Below are positions 57,101 to 64,000 of a stretch of DNA of 64,000 nucleotides, piece after piece. The DNA lies in contig JBAZEP010000005.1 of the NCBI GenBank assembly GCA_041653835.1, positions 313-64,312 on the forward strand, written 5' to 3'. The stretch's first letter is position 1. Each line of letters begins with the position of its first letter. A model generated the notes under the pieces. That model did no database searches and was not told where the DNA came from. It saw only the letters and a list, made by a program, of their open reading frames with translations. The stretch comes from Candidatus Omnitrophota bacterium (GTDB lineage Bacteria > Omnitrophota > Gorgyraeia > Gorgyraeales > Gorgyraeaceae). The translations under genes and the position numbers were made by a program.

Positions 57101-60100
57101 AATATTATCTTGAATATGGTCCATGCAGACCCTTTCTCCGGCGCTTCTTTCTTTTCAGCGTAAGGAATGTCTGAACCGTCGCTTGTTATGTCATAAAGCG
57201 CCTGGCCGTTATCCATCGTGATAATATAAGATATCGTTATAGAAGAGACGGCCGGTTCTTTATTGCCTTTTTCATCTACGGTGAGCATCGATTTGAATCC
57301 CTGCCCTGATTCTATAAAAGTATTCTCTGCCTTATTTATATCTATCCCGGCCATCTCAGGAAGCTTTCCGTCTTTAACCTGGTAACCGTTCAGCGAATTG
57401 GCAATATAACTTTCCGCGGTTTTATTGTTCAACAGCCTGGCAACCTTCAGGAAGTGTGCGGTAGCCTCTGTAAAAATTACCCTGCCCTCCGGCCTTGTAA
57501 ACCTCGGGCTCCAGTCAATGCCCCATTCGCCGCCGGCTGTAACTCCGAATATTTTGGCGGTATTATCAAACCACTTTGTAAGTTCATTCCCATCAATATC
57601 TTTCATTTCTTTCGCGGCTTCGATAAACCATAGGGACGCGTCGCTGGAATTCCATTTTTCCAGGGCCAATATAGTGTCGTTACCTATGTTGCCCCTGACT
57701 TCCCTGACACCGACAGGTATTGTCCCATGTTCCATGGAATACGGCATTATATATTCTCTTAATAATATCCCTGTATTTTCCCTGGCGCTCATGATCTTAT
57801 CGCTTAAACCTTCCGGCAGGGATCCAAGTATGTTAGGATCTGATAAACGCGATAAGAATATATACGCCTTTGAGTTCAGAGACGTCGGATAATAATTTAA
57901 CTTCGAAGGCCATATCCCATCTTCTGTTTTACCAACCGGCTTATCTTCTGTAAAGCCTCCTTTAGAGCCTTCAAATTCAAAGAATTTATTCAGCATTTCA
58001 AAAGAGAAATTATACATGGCCTTCTTAGAAGCTGGATCCTCTATCTTCTGCGCGGCGTTGAAAGCAGCCATGCTCGCGGAAAGCTGAGCCTCAGCTTTAG
58101 GCTTGGATATATAAATCGCGCTATCTGTCACGCTGTATTCATAAGGAGCTCCTGTATTTATATGGTAATATTCAGCCAGAGGGCCTTTTCCAGCCTGCTG
58201 CATATAGAAATTTAATATTTTCTGAGCGTTCTCCGTATCTCCTATACTTAACAGGTAAGGCACCGCTATTTCCAGTTCCTTGGCAGTATTTACGTAATCC
58301 GCCGTAGGCCCATAAGTAGAAATCGCGGAAGTAGGAGTAAGGCCTGTGTTCTTGTTGAAAACAAGCGAAATCGATAAGTTGTTAAAAGACAAGGCGGTTT
58401 GTTTCTCTTCTTTCCCGATCCACGGCAATTCTCCGTCTCTATTTTGAAGATACGTATATCCTACGTCCGGGTATTCCTCGAGCTTGGAAGCTACTTCTTG
58501 AGCTGTCAATCTGATGGGTTTGAAGTCCCCGAGATAGTCTTCGTATTCAAACATCTCCCTGGCTATCTGGCCGAAAATGCTGCCGTACATCCTGTTCCTC
58601 ATATCACTGAACATCCCTTCTTTCTCAGGGAACAAGACCTTAAAGTTTTCCTGGCCGTACGCCGAGAACGTGCCTGCTTCCTGTATGTATCTCGGATTAT
58701 ACGCCTTCAGGGTCATGATACCTTTTGTTATATCAAAACTGTAAACACCTATGATCTTATTGGTCTTGTCTATTACAAGCCGATCTAAAGTATAGAGTCT
58801 TCCATTTTCCGGATCAAGAGTATAAGCCGGCTTCTCTATTTCATTCTTGTAATTCCTTATATCAAATACCTGCAAACGCGGTACAGACGAGCTTTTCATC
58901 TTCTCTGTGTATTTAACCATCCAGTTGTAGTCTTCCAGGGCGGTTTCTATAACATCATCTTTGTCTTTTTCCTGGAACATGACTATTTCCTGCTCTGACG
59001 CGTCCCTGATCTTGAACAAGTCTTTATTTACGCTGCCGTCCACGCTCTTGCCTTCGCCCATGAACATCAGCCTGGAAGCTTTGAATTTAATATCTGTATT
59101 GCTTCTATACTTAAGCGTCGCATTTGTAATGTTGTTCACGTCAAGCCCGGATGCCTTAAGCTGCTCCACCGGGATAGCATACACGTTTTCAGTAATACTG
59201 TATGGCGCTGTCACAGAATATAAAGCAGTGGCGTTATCAAAGTCCGGAACAGCTACGCGGTTAGGGGCGAGAGCCGGCCAGAAAGGAATAGTGTCTTCGC
59301 CTGATTGCCTCTCTTTATTGGAAGCGATAACCACTCTATCTCCATTTGAATCGGTTATTTCTAATTCCAGGTCCACGCCTTTGGCGTTTTCGGCGTAGAA
59401 ATACACGAAGTCATGCTTGGAGAGATCAGTAGCGCCTTTTATCAGATTCCTTTCTTTAATATCTTTCCCGGACGAATAATCCGAAACATTAAAGATAGGA
59501 TCTTCCGGGATCTTATAGACAATGCCTTTTACATCATTCCCGCTTTTATCCGTCATGTTATATACCGCGGTAGTATATTCGATGTAAGTTTTCTCGTTGC
59601 GGGTTAAACCCATCAAAATATTTTCTATGGCAGTAGAAGCGTGTATCGTATCCCACGACCTGAACATATAATCCCCTATGCTTTTTTCATCATGGTCAAA
59701 CGTATATTTTACGTTGAATTGATCTATAACGCTCAATCCGCTCCTGTCAATACGAACGACTTCCACAGCCTTATAATATATGCTGGTAAATGCCTTCTTC
59801 TCTTTTATGGCGCCTCTGCCGTTATCGCTGATAGTAAATACTTTGTGAGCTATGAGATCTTTTGTGCTGTTTAGTTTCTTTAACCATGCGTTAAACTCGG
59901 TTTCTTTGTTAAAAGGCCTGTCAGGCTTACCTTTGCTGGTCATAAAAGCGTCTTTCGCAGAAGAAGAGCTCAGAAGAGTAATTATATCTTTCAGGCGCGG
60001 GTCTTCATAAGTTACTGTCTTATTACCCTTATTGTCTTCTTTATGCTCGATAAGATCCAGCGATAACCCAAAATTACCTTTTTGGAGCCTGCCGATAGGA

Positions 60101-63100
60101 TATTGTTTGGCGCCTTCGAAATAAGTAAACGCCGTATATTGTTGAGGCGCATCCAGATGATTTATGTCAAATTCTATGGTGGCTGTTACCCTGGCCTTCT
60201 TAAACCTGTCTATGTAAGTATTTAACCTGCTGTTATCCGGGAATATATCATTGCTCTTTGCCTGGAGATTCTGTAAAAGAACCTGTTCGTTAAAGTCCGC
60301 CAGATCTGTCCTGGATATGATATCCCGCGTAAAATATAAGTTTCCGCCTGATATATAACTTATAGGCCTGTTGCCTGGCGCGTAAAAAACTATACGCTGG
60401 CTTCCGGAACCGTTATTTTCCTCCACGACCTCAAATTCTGAATTTTTAAGCACACCTAAAACATAATCATAAGAAGCCTGGTTTCTGAAGAATTTATCTT
60501 TTCCTATGAACGCGTCTTTATTGATTTCCAGGGATTTTATTGTTTCATCTGTTATATTTTTAGGTAAAGTTACGGGCATCGCGTTCCCGGCATATTGCCC
60601 GATACCACTTCTCTCGTATTGATATTTCTCTCTATAAATTTCTTTTTCCTGATTTTCATCGAATTGCATCAGGGTAAAAAATGCGCCTTGCGGAGTGTTT
60701 TCCACTCTGGCCATTTCCATGCCGTCTCTTGTAAAGCTAATCCACTCTTTTATGTCCCCGTCTCTCAGAGATATACTATTTTTTGTTATAGCACAACCGC
60801 TGAGGTAATCTACTATATCTCTCTTACCAAGGCCTCTTATAAAATCAGGCGTTCTATAACCGCCTCTTACAATATCTGTTATTTTTAATGATGTGGGCGT
60901 TCTGGTTATATAAGGCTTATATATGGTTACTTCTTCACTTTTTGGCAAATTTGAGACCTTACTTCCCGCTTCTACTCTAAGTGGGTCAATGCCAAGATCT
61001 AATAATGCCCTGGTAGTAGTGGCTGATATGGATATGGAGTTCTCGCTGTTTTCAGGCGTATTATCACCTTTTATATCTGATTTCTGCATCCCGGAAGCGG
61101 TAGCGTAAGGCAATCCTGTTTCCCCATTCCTTTTTATGGTAAGCTTATCTACTTCATCCTTATAAAACTTCGCCTTATTCCTGTAATTTTCAGCCGCCTT
61201 ATCATTGCCGTCTCTTTCAGCTCTGTCAGCAGCGTGGACATAAGCCGTGATCATGTAGTTAGTCCATTCAACTGAGATCATCGGTATCCTTGTTACCGCC
61301 TCTATCTCTTCCCGGGTAAGTTTCCTACCGAGCTCTTTTTCTTTTTCACTTATATTGTTTCTTGTTATTGTTTCCCTTAATTTATTATCTATAAAATCAA
61401 ATCCCTTTACTTTTTTGCCTCTGAAATTCACTTCTACTTCGCAATTTTTCTCCGCGAAATCCACGAATGTGCGCGGATTTAATCCTTTAAAATAATAATC
61501 CCCGTATGACGCTACTACTGAAGCGCCCCATGCCTGCGCGTCTGTCGCGACAGTTCTGTCAACCGCGTTATCCCCGCGATCCCCCTGGATAAACGCGTAA
61601 CTGTCTTTTATACCTCTTATAAATCTTCCTTCGTTTGTTATAAACGCTCCGCCTTTTTCAACAGGTGTCCTTAAGAATGTGCTTATCCTCTTGGCAGCAT
61701 CCCTGTACTTCTGTCCGTCATTACCTTCTATCTTATCGCCGAGATATTTTAATAATACAAAGTGATCCAGGTTATGTTCTACGGCAGCTGTGCCCTGGCC
61801 CGGGCCCAGAAGTATGAATCCCGCATTCTCTCCCAGGTCTGTGGTATATCTTGTCTCAAATCCAAGCAGGGCATCAGCTATGTTCCTTGCCATAACCAGT
61901 TTTTTATTACCATTATCCCCGAATTTCTCTATATAGTGCGCTAATTTTATGCCTGTCCACGCGTTAGGCCCACCCGGATTATTATATTCCTGTATATTCC
62001 CATATCTGACGTCGTATGCCGAATAATACAAACCGGACTTCTTGAAAGCGTCATTATTAAGGAAATCTATTGTCTTATCCGTTTTGTCTTTTCCATCAGT
62101 ATATATATTAAGGATATTATCCAGATCAAGGTCGAATGTAAATGACCAATTCCTTATGTTAGCGTCTGTGGTGCCGTCATAACTGATAGGAAGCCCTGTA
62201 TTTTCGCTCCTTATAAATTCCGAGCCGGCGTGTTTAACCGCGTCCTCAGGAGTAACCTTTGTCCCTTCTTCCGCTTCCGTAGAGAATAACCCGCCTATAA
62301 AATTAACTATACCTTTTACAAGGCTGATTATGGGCTCAAAACTGAATCCTGCCTGTATCACTTTAGGCTTGTAAGTATTATAGGCATAGAGGGTCTTTTT
62401 GGGAGCCTGTGTCTTTAGCGTGATAATTTTAGGCTGTTCTGTTTTTTTGGTTTCCGCTACAAGCTGTTTAGGCGCTTCCCTGCGTATCAGCTGGCCTGTT
62501 TTTAGAGGCGCCTTGTCCTGTTGTTTTATATTTATCTCTTCTTTTGTTTCCGCTGGTTTTTTATCAAGATCTACTTTTTCTTTTATCTCTATTATCAGCG
62601 GATCGAAGAATTTCCCTTGTTTCGTCTTAAGATCCAACATCGCCCTTGTCGCGGTGGCTGCGGCGGAAATCGCCTTGTCGCCATTCATAGGCGTCTTGTC
62701 AGTAGGGTCATCCGCTTTCTGCGTATAAGAACGGGTAGCATATGGTAAACCCTGGTTTCCATCGATCTCTATCGTAAGTTTATCCACTTCGTTCTTATAA
62801 AATTCAGCCTGTCTCCTGTAATATTCGGCGGCGTCTTTATTGCCTTGTTTTTCAGCCCATTCCGCTGAATGGCGGTATGCTGTAATCATATAATTGGTCC
62901 ACTCAACGGAGATCATGCCCGCTTCTCTCCATGATTTTTCTATAGCTCTTATCTGGTTATCTATACTGTCTTTATTTTTTTTCAGTTCATATACATCCTG
63001 GTCAAGGTCAGGAGCATCAATTAAGCGCTGCAGCTGAGATGATCTATTTCTTAATCCAGCCAAAATATTTTTTATCGCTTTTATATTAAAGAAATCAAAA

Positions 63101-64000
63101 CCCGCGACTTTAGAACCATTGAAATTTACCTCTGTGGCGCAATTTTTCTCGGCAAAATGCACGAATGTGCGGGGATCCAGCCCTTTAAAATCGTCCTGGT
63201 ATTCGGCTATCAGAGATGCGCCCCATGCCTGGACGTCTGTAGCTACAGTATAATCGATGACATCGTCTCCGCGCTCTCCATTGATAAGCCTGTTTATGTC
63301 CCTTATACCTCTTACGAACCTGCCTGATATTTTCCCGTCGCCTTCTCTTGTCAGGTAAGCGCCTCCTCCTCCCGTAGGAGCTTTAAGGAAATTGGCTATC
63401 TTCGCGGCAATATCCCTGTATTTAGCGCCTTTCTCTCCTTCTATCTTATCCCCGAGGTACCTGAACAGCGTATAATGGTCTTCCATATGCTCTATACTTG
63501 CTGTATTCCTGTTATCAGGCCCTAAAGGTATGATCAACCCGGGCGCCACAAACCCGTCCAGTTTTACCACACTTATTTCTCTCCCGATCTTCAGGATATC
63601 ATCCGCCGTAGTCATCAGGAAATTAAGTTTCTTATTATCCTTGTCTCCTTTATTCTCTATATCATGCGCTATCCTTATGCCTATCCACGCCGCCGGGCCT
63701 CCCGGATTCTTGAATTCCGCGGATTTACCTGTTTTTGTATTGTAAGCTGTATAGAAGAATCCACTCTGGTCCTTCTGTGAAGGTTTGCTTAGATCATCTA
63801 TCAGTTTGAGTGCATTTTCATCGTTTGGCGCGTAGAAATCGCTCAATATGCCTTTTAAGGCCCAGTCAAAAGTAAAGACCACGTCTTTTAGATAAGGATC
63901 CGTGCTATTGATATAGCTCGGATCGGTTTCTTTGTATTTTAAGGCATCTTCAGGCGTAACATGCTCTTTCGCTTGTTTCGTTATATTCTTCGCGTTCTTT
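48196..64000 (-). CDS. Giant multi-domain membrane protein, >5,260 aa; N-terminus extends beyond the window end
   Basis: Single uninterrupted minus-strand reading frame. The ORF track gives 5,228 aa from a GTG at 63880-63882. The same frame stays open, with no stop, through 64000 and continues the repeat pattern (...VTPEDALKYKETDPSYINSTDPYLKD-VVFTFDW...). Codon usage matches the neighbouring genes. It carries bona fide domains (see sub-features). Confidence 0.85.
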   Translation of the reverse strand, partial: KNAKNITKQAKEHVTPEDALKYKETDPSYINSTDPYLKDVVFTFDWALKGILSDFYAPNDENALKLIDDLSKPSQKDQSGFFYTAYNTKTGKSAEFKNPGGPAAWIGIRIAHDIENKGDKDNKKLNFLMTTADDILKIGREISVVKLDGFVAPGLIIPLGPDNRNTASIEHMEDHYTLFRYLGDKIEGEKGAKYRDIAAKIANFLKAPTGGGGAYLTREGDGKISGRFVRGIRDINRLINGERGDDVIDYTVATDVQAWGASLIAEYQDDFKGLDPRTFVHFAEKNCATEVNFNGSKVAGFDFFNIKAIKNILAGLRNRSSQLQRLIDAPDLDQDVYELKKNKDSIDNQIRAIEKSWREAGMISVEWTNYMITAYRHSAEWAEKQGNKDAAEYYRRQAEFYKNEVDKLTIEIDGNQGLPYATRSYTQKADDPTDKTPMNGDKAISAAATATRAMLDLKTKQGKFFDPLIIEIKEKVDLDKKPAETKEEINIKQQDKAPLKTGQLIRREAPKQLVAETKKTEQPKIITLKTQAPKKTLYAYNTYKPKVIQAGFSFEPIISLVKGIVNFIGGLFSTEAEEGTKVTPEDAVKHAGSEFIRSENTGLPISYDGTTDANIRNWSFTFDLDLDNILNIYTDGKDKTDKTIDFLNNDAFKKSGLYYSAYDVRYGNIQEYNNPGGPNAWTGIKLAHYIEKFGDNGNKKLVMARNIADALLGFETRYTTDLGENAGFILLGPGQGTAAVEHNLDHFVLLKYLGDKIEGNDGQKYRDAAKRISTFLRTPVEKGGAFITNEGRFIRGIKDSYAFIQGDRGDNAVDRTVATDAQAWGASVVASYGDYYFKGLNPRTFVDFAEKNCEVEVNFRGKKVKGFDFIDNKLRETITRNNISEKEKELGRKLTREEIEAVTRIPMISVEWTNYMITAYVHAADRAERDGNDKAAENYRNKAKFYKDEVDKLTIKRNGETGLPYATASGMQKSDIKGDNTPENSENSISISATTTRALLDLGIDPLRVEAGSKVSNLPKSEEVTIYKPYITRTPTSLKITDIVRGGYRTPDFIRGLGKRDIVDYLSGCAITKNSISLRDGDIKEWISFTRDGMEMARVENTPQGAFFTLMQFDENQEKEIYREKYQYERSGIGQYAGNAMPVTLPKNITDETIKSLEINKDAFIGKDKFFRNQASYDYVLGVLKNSEFEVVEENNGSGSQRIVFYAPGNRPISYISGGNLYFTRDIISRTDLADFNEQVLLQNLQAKSNDIFPDNSRLNTYIDRFKKARVTATIEFDINHLDAPQQYTAFTYFEGAKQYPIGRLQKGNFGLSLDLIEHKEDNKGNKTVTYEDPRLKDIITLLSSSSAKDAFMTSKGKPDRPFNKETEFNAWLKKLNSTKDLIAHKVFTISDNGRGAIKEKKAFTSIYYKAVEVVRIDRSGLSVIDQFNVKYTFDHDEKSIGDYMFRSWDTIHASTAIENILMGLTRNEKTYIEYTTAVYNMTDKSGNDVKGIVYKIPEDPIFNVSDYSSGKDIKERNLIKGATDLSKHDFVYFYAENAKGVDLELEITDSNGDRVVIASNKERQSGEDTIPFWPALAPNRVAVPDFDNATALYSVTAPYSITENVYAIPVEQLKASGLDVNNITNATLKYRSNTDIKFKASRLMFMGEGKSVDGSVNKDLFKIRDASEQEIVMFQEKDKDDVIETALEDYNWMVKYTEKMKSSSVPRLQVFDIRNYKNEIEKPAYTLDPENGRLYTLDRLVIDKTNKIIGVYSFDITKGIMTLKAYNPRYIQEAGTFSAYGQENFKVLFPEKEGMFSDMRNRMYGSIFGQIAREMFEYEDYLGDFKPIRLTAQEVASKLEEYPDVGYTYLQNRDGELPWIGKEEKQTALSFNNLSISLVFNKNTGLTPTSAISTYGPTADYVNTAKELEIAVPYLLSIGDTENAQKILNFYMQQAGKGPLAEYYHINTGAPYEYSVTDSAIYISKPKAEAQLSASMAAFNAAQKIEDPASKKAMYNFSFEMLNKFFEFEGSKGGFTEDKPVGKTEDGIWPSKLNYYPTSLNSKAYIFLSRLSDPNILGSLPEGLSDKIMSARENTGILLREYIMPYSMEHGTIPVGVREVRGNIGNDTILALEKWNSSDASLWFIEAAKEMKDIDGNELTKWFDNTAKIFGVTAGGEWGIDWSPRFTRPEGRVIFTEATAHFLKVARLLNNKTAESYIANSLNGYQVKDGKLPEMAGIDINKAENTFIESGQGFKSMLTVDEKGNKEPAVSSITISYIITMDNGQALYDITSDGSDIPYAEKKEAPEKGSAWTIFKIILIIQGFLVAYNFVWSKWWKKWRSKKDKEEKSPEEEEYYNEEHAKEALKVLSEDVFKTEVANLGKGKKVIFSDSDIEGAFLSYLGVIYALIIKWNEKNGNKIDINKVNEFAIQISKYLALEAVRGAGDSTIAQAKYVIPGSVNPQIWANIQLYLKDCTARMKADFDNVNEFESLLADIGISEGRFDPLIRIVPEVSDTKDKDFIELKKKVSSGEIAPKGGKSDYDEFVETLPKPIHPLVQDFTSIMPRFILAAIGILWHLGDKGGINIFNDFANLFSQSLAQLSLPVLIAAGVILIINTITEFFSMSKFTSGKSNLKKISGVVLLGLGIFMFVFMPGAAIFEVAALKFLAASLITLEGLYNVISNRSLVGLAVYNQIRPSVSVGRPRAVILHTAQLLSFVGLSILLADAVSTWFVATYAVSIIAVIGAALGFFLVQQLVNYGLWQKWTFISALLAPTRGPVKTEKPKDWDPGKTGVLFVGGQPLASEVHIGKTPEDAADGIFSQLNYMRDNEDEATMKFIKGIAEELGVSQLSDESIKGVLIALYKAEKESGVGLWDIEQLDENSNIDNDLKIISGRHYDPSDRNKIIAAYKLRDWICDINPVPIRGGSAINSATTMVKMARSFKDAGIGEKTVFYIIHNQYDKFGNEKGRPSQENIEKGDEVLQREKLSRLIKQISGGSSYVVFNSTIFGLKAAAMNGLFSVPEEMPYLKSLVIMDRNSTVGNFTKFIEDVKRIRANPDISIIAAFRGTTNVLTPTGDLSRLVEEGHGSFMQGLVDKVGTGWGNIMQIVFWEAFTKLGKKGVSETSLAPDRKEKKYKTRFMDRMFGLMMFSPNAIGISEDYWAVLQTSYSQIGLGRSPQYGLSKAMWHKIRETKGLYELVKALPRWSAGLYQTMKDYLMQLINEYGPESIFERDARRNAGRHFIIAPQALLNVLILPLAIIGDWTSFVGINLLYWVLGTMFNQIETLHGLLATLRAAGFSQKLGWFGFATGVAAGAIFLSPLVASMGALVTVLIPFYTGIAGFILAGSLPGGFTGWGKWFSVRVRDMLIFSSRFIVIANAQIAALLTKLSFEFKLSAVGKGGNAIKIVWSNLKELSPANSKSVPDYISKVTSSYQAIFFIGLFMLGLNFFAMSSLDIMNVLMLWISLVFTSGIVIGPYTHDDKVGKSFGKGSGDIAAKILGYGLGIVTLTGAAMLIGGGFIGLTPYLVVSAGLLLPVLSLLEKKNLTDPKVLRFKTEMNRAYIISLFIFIWFLVVPLASNFSFELGSSKILELTSSQLLSYIGWPVLIASIIVAFGNIQTRIQRAYYSEKLNRLNNAIKGDEALVNRLEPLTKDARTYIHQGAFGYLRDTFKAIEKERNAPSSARYKNAPLASNASLGRLPLSDFSDAEMQAMIEKAVVENNWAFGDPAAEMRVSVGADGARTPVLHVHGGLFSALINKAKEDPVNAAIYGNIIKGILKQEFEHFSNINTYDLNTMAGLKLDYEKTGSMESAKALAALQVYYEAKGYRKLYEHLVKEGITAAQIMELAGEGEDLLSAMLRQLAKFMQADIESISLAAAKDLSEGRGYIADSIKVALDDQGFISYLKSEADTMNAATLKSRFGITDQKLITEPVELIFGPAFQNNKQLQNQKDIFKSVKIDNKELNVRQALFVSPEMKTFSNVSSIDALFYTFFPEKYSMIHEDVKEIIDNALSSGKADLAALFMLFNIWKKDLPDAKLLNEQDARDIVLAAEIVKTAGIDKIKAISRLLTGKDNSLFPLSGVMRVVLSRTLQRSDYRISSLSDAITIWVKYHKGRSFDTGDADSIILIFSALGKGMGAIDMDFAVEQWKSKNYGKYLTEKDISGIIDSVNLNYTLRSIRRIAEQDGDLAYWNYRFSKILRLVGKWRRQDELDTYKLSQSFSGMLSKLYIKYPDKKLYGRAIDNILEDMENFAEINRFKPDKINWERVTAVIIIKNFPEETINKWALSRVDFLKNRAAYFKKRNDIKNMKIALKQAFNLTRSVKSGTFYYKTWLWNTIVSSFAGGLRSNIEILEKDIRDKKAYINFVLPGWEDPSYDIRDVNALNKKLKAQKAKALKFVEHITTIAKENPAIKDLRKADKVFSSRFWERAIYKAVSDDRVRAAALVITLTALAGILVLSSASLVLAILGMHNGLSFFIYGAGCFLPVFIILELARIKLSPDSFLKLSPASRINKVLKKLIDRLKYDEKLKNIIVSTLSSYTIKEEYLRPTGDSRLQRIANYLKMTVYPVRVDHKEKIIYVDTRPYFSTLGMTHLNHLILTALYKLSSAIGSGDAAGRRHVPVIRANIFAISRYPQLRSVFVAPFSMAVDLAASSIKWIKGRKTRGREGSINNINQLNAAVFHNKLSGIIKKEEEELEKEVSQIAGYVDLMPPRSVLLISGCSSTGKSPLSNKISKATPRQGKILGMDRYYKDHADMPLAGDGKFDFDSPEALDMELFISHLEALLKGEEIKMPVYDFDAGARLDTSEPLSLGQDEVLIIEGIHALSARILNAIPARQRFGVFVDVGPHIKLSSGKALRGADLRLLRRLIRDEVSRGIPAIKTLRQWKTVRAAEDKFIMPQIKEADMVINTALPYELVILKKYAVPYLKDSLKIASTAGEKELVKEINRLLAIFNDVITVKHADVPEKSLLNEFLILDSSYKSLDAFKKELTQDIRSLKWLSAGTRNKMMDIASAAGSKKEIFEEFLYIEQEVMKDWYDMYKEYLGSAGDIIAKEMAELFLNLFAIETYFIRSPEQNESLLNFQPRSYEFLKPADAVKKIKSIMKNSGSEGVLADITVLSDGTLHVLATDPMDMDSSVRKEMDIAREKTHFNVFYGKSIIRIDVPQHVQEFINRPYKASHEFISFEKIIHDDLIELARRLVEGGMGKELKFVAYPALDKFIFSKLGEKIPATLGELAAKPRKINTGVLDLNYLEHVNIPKNIRYRTGINIKLLERLNNTIDDLHKLRSSL
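49365..49935 (-). other. Uridine/cytidine-kinase / phosphoribulokinase-family P-loop kinase domain inside the giant protein (residues ~4650-4840)
   Basis: Walker A GCSSTGKS at 49885-49908; DRYYKD (uridine kinase DSYYK); FDFDSPEALDMELFISHLEALLKGEEIKMPVYDFDAGAR; VLIIEGIHAL; FGVFVDVGPHIKL...RLLRRLIRDEVSRG. All UK/PRK-family motifs are present, in the canonical order. Confidence 0.75.
54315..55683 (-). other. GT-A-like processive glycan-synthase-like soluble module inside the giant protein (residues ~2734-3190), flanked by polytopic TM bundles
   Basis: ...FMDRMFGLMMFSPNAIGISEDYWAVLQTSYSQIGLGRSPQYGLSKAMWHKIRETKGLYELVKALPRWSAG... The SED (54583-54591) ... RW spacing is 46 aa. It recalls the TED ... 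QxxRW motifs of GT2 cellulose/chitin synthases and the NEDIYAG ... YYQCGKGRD ... LPxDRF block of Fks1 (GT48). The upstream bundle (residues ~2508-2730) has about 6-7 TM helices and the downstream bundle (~3190-3670) about 10-12. Confidence 0.35.
60885..62142 (-). repeat. Internal tandem repeat module B of the giant gene (protein residues ~581-1000)
   Basis: Aligns with module A residue-by-residue (NPGGPxAW.GI..AH.IE..GD...KKL, HxEDH..L.YLGDKIEG..G.KYRD.A, VATD.QAWGAS, ISVEWTNYMITAY, KLTI...G..GLPYAT). The DNA is about 70% identical at a period of about 1,734 nt. Confidence 0.7.
62620..64000 (-). repeat. Internal tandem repeat module A of the giant gene (continues upstream beyond the window)
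   Basis: Same as module B. The sequence encoded at 63883-64000 (…VTPEDALKYKE…) matches the module-B linker (…TKVTPEDAVKHAG…). So at least one further module lies outside the window. Confidence 0.7.

Overview
This is a 64 kb chromosomal window from a Gram-negative type bacterium, about 45% GC, with almost every gene on the minus strand. The lineage is probably uncultivated. The first half is housekeeping: a partial BamE-like lipoprotein, LeuS, a divergent tRNA-Ala(GGC), an MFS transporter, a UvrD-family helicase, a phosphofructokinase, FolE, MnmE, FolC, PurH and a YchF homolog. Mixed in are a two-component pair (a hybrid receiver/histidine kinase plus a large HAMP sensor kinase) followed by two tandem paralogous small secreted proteins. 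There are also small secreted or membrane proteins, two of them with HExxH motifs, and a Wzc-like tyrosine autokinase. Next come an orphan pseudopilin/PilC (T2SS/T4P-like) mini-cluster and a coiled-coil protein. A full RND efflux cassette follows: two RND pumps (one carrying an unusual C-terminal winged-HTH extension), a membrane-fusion protein, and a TolC-like protein carrying an N-terminal TonB_C-like domain. The second half is a carbohydrate locus: a ROK regulator, a 914 aa TPR/beta-barrel outer-membrane protein, two paralogous TIM-barrel glycoside hydrolases, a lipoprotein, a sugar ABC importer (binding protein plus two permeases) and a stand-alone PilZ protein. The stand-out feature follows: one uninterrupted minus-strand ORF of more than 5,260 codons (48196 to the window end, N-terminus truncated by the window). 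Its N-terminus is built from tandem modules of about 578 aa that are also diverged direct repeats in the DNA. It has a single transmembrane helix, then two polytopic transmembrane bundles flanking a GT-A-like processive glycan-synthase-like module with an ...ISEDYWA... motif and an ...LPRWSAG... motif 46 aa later. A clear uridine-kinase/PRK-family P-loop domain sits near the C-terminus. Non-coding signals include a family of intergenic palindromes sharing a GACA-N-TGTC core (six sites, two almost identical 39-mers). An approximately 85-90 bp leader and start-codon cassette is duplicated in front of two adjacent genes. A structured three-hairpin spacer lies between the paralogous small genes. 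No CRISPR array, rRNA, IS element or integrase is visible. Hand-derived coordinates are good to about +/-2 nt; the ORF-track coordinates are authoritative.
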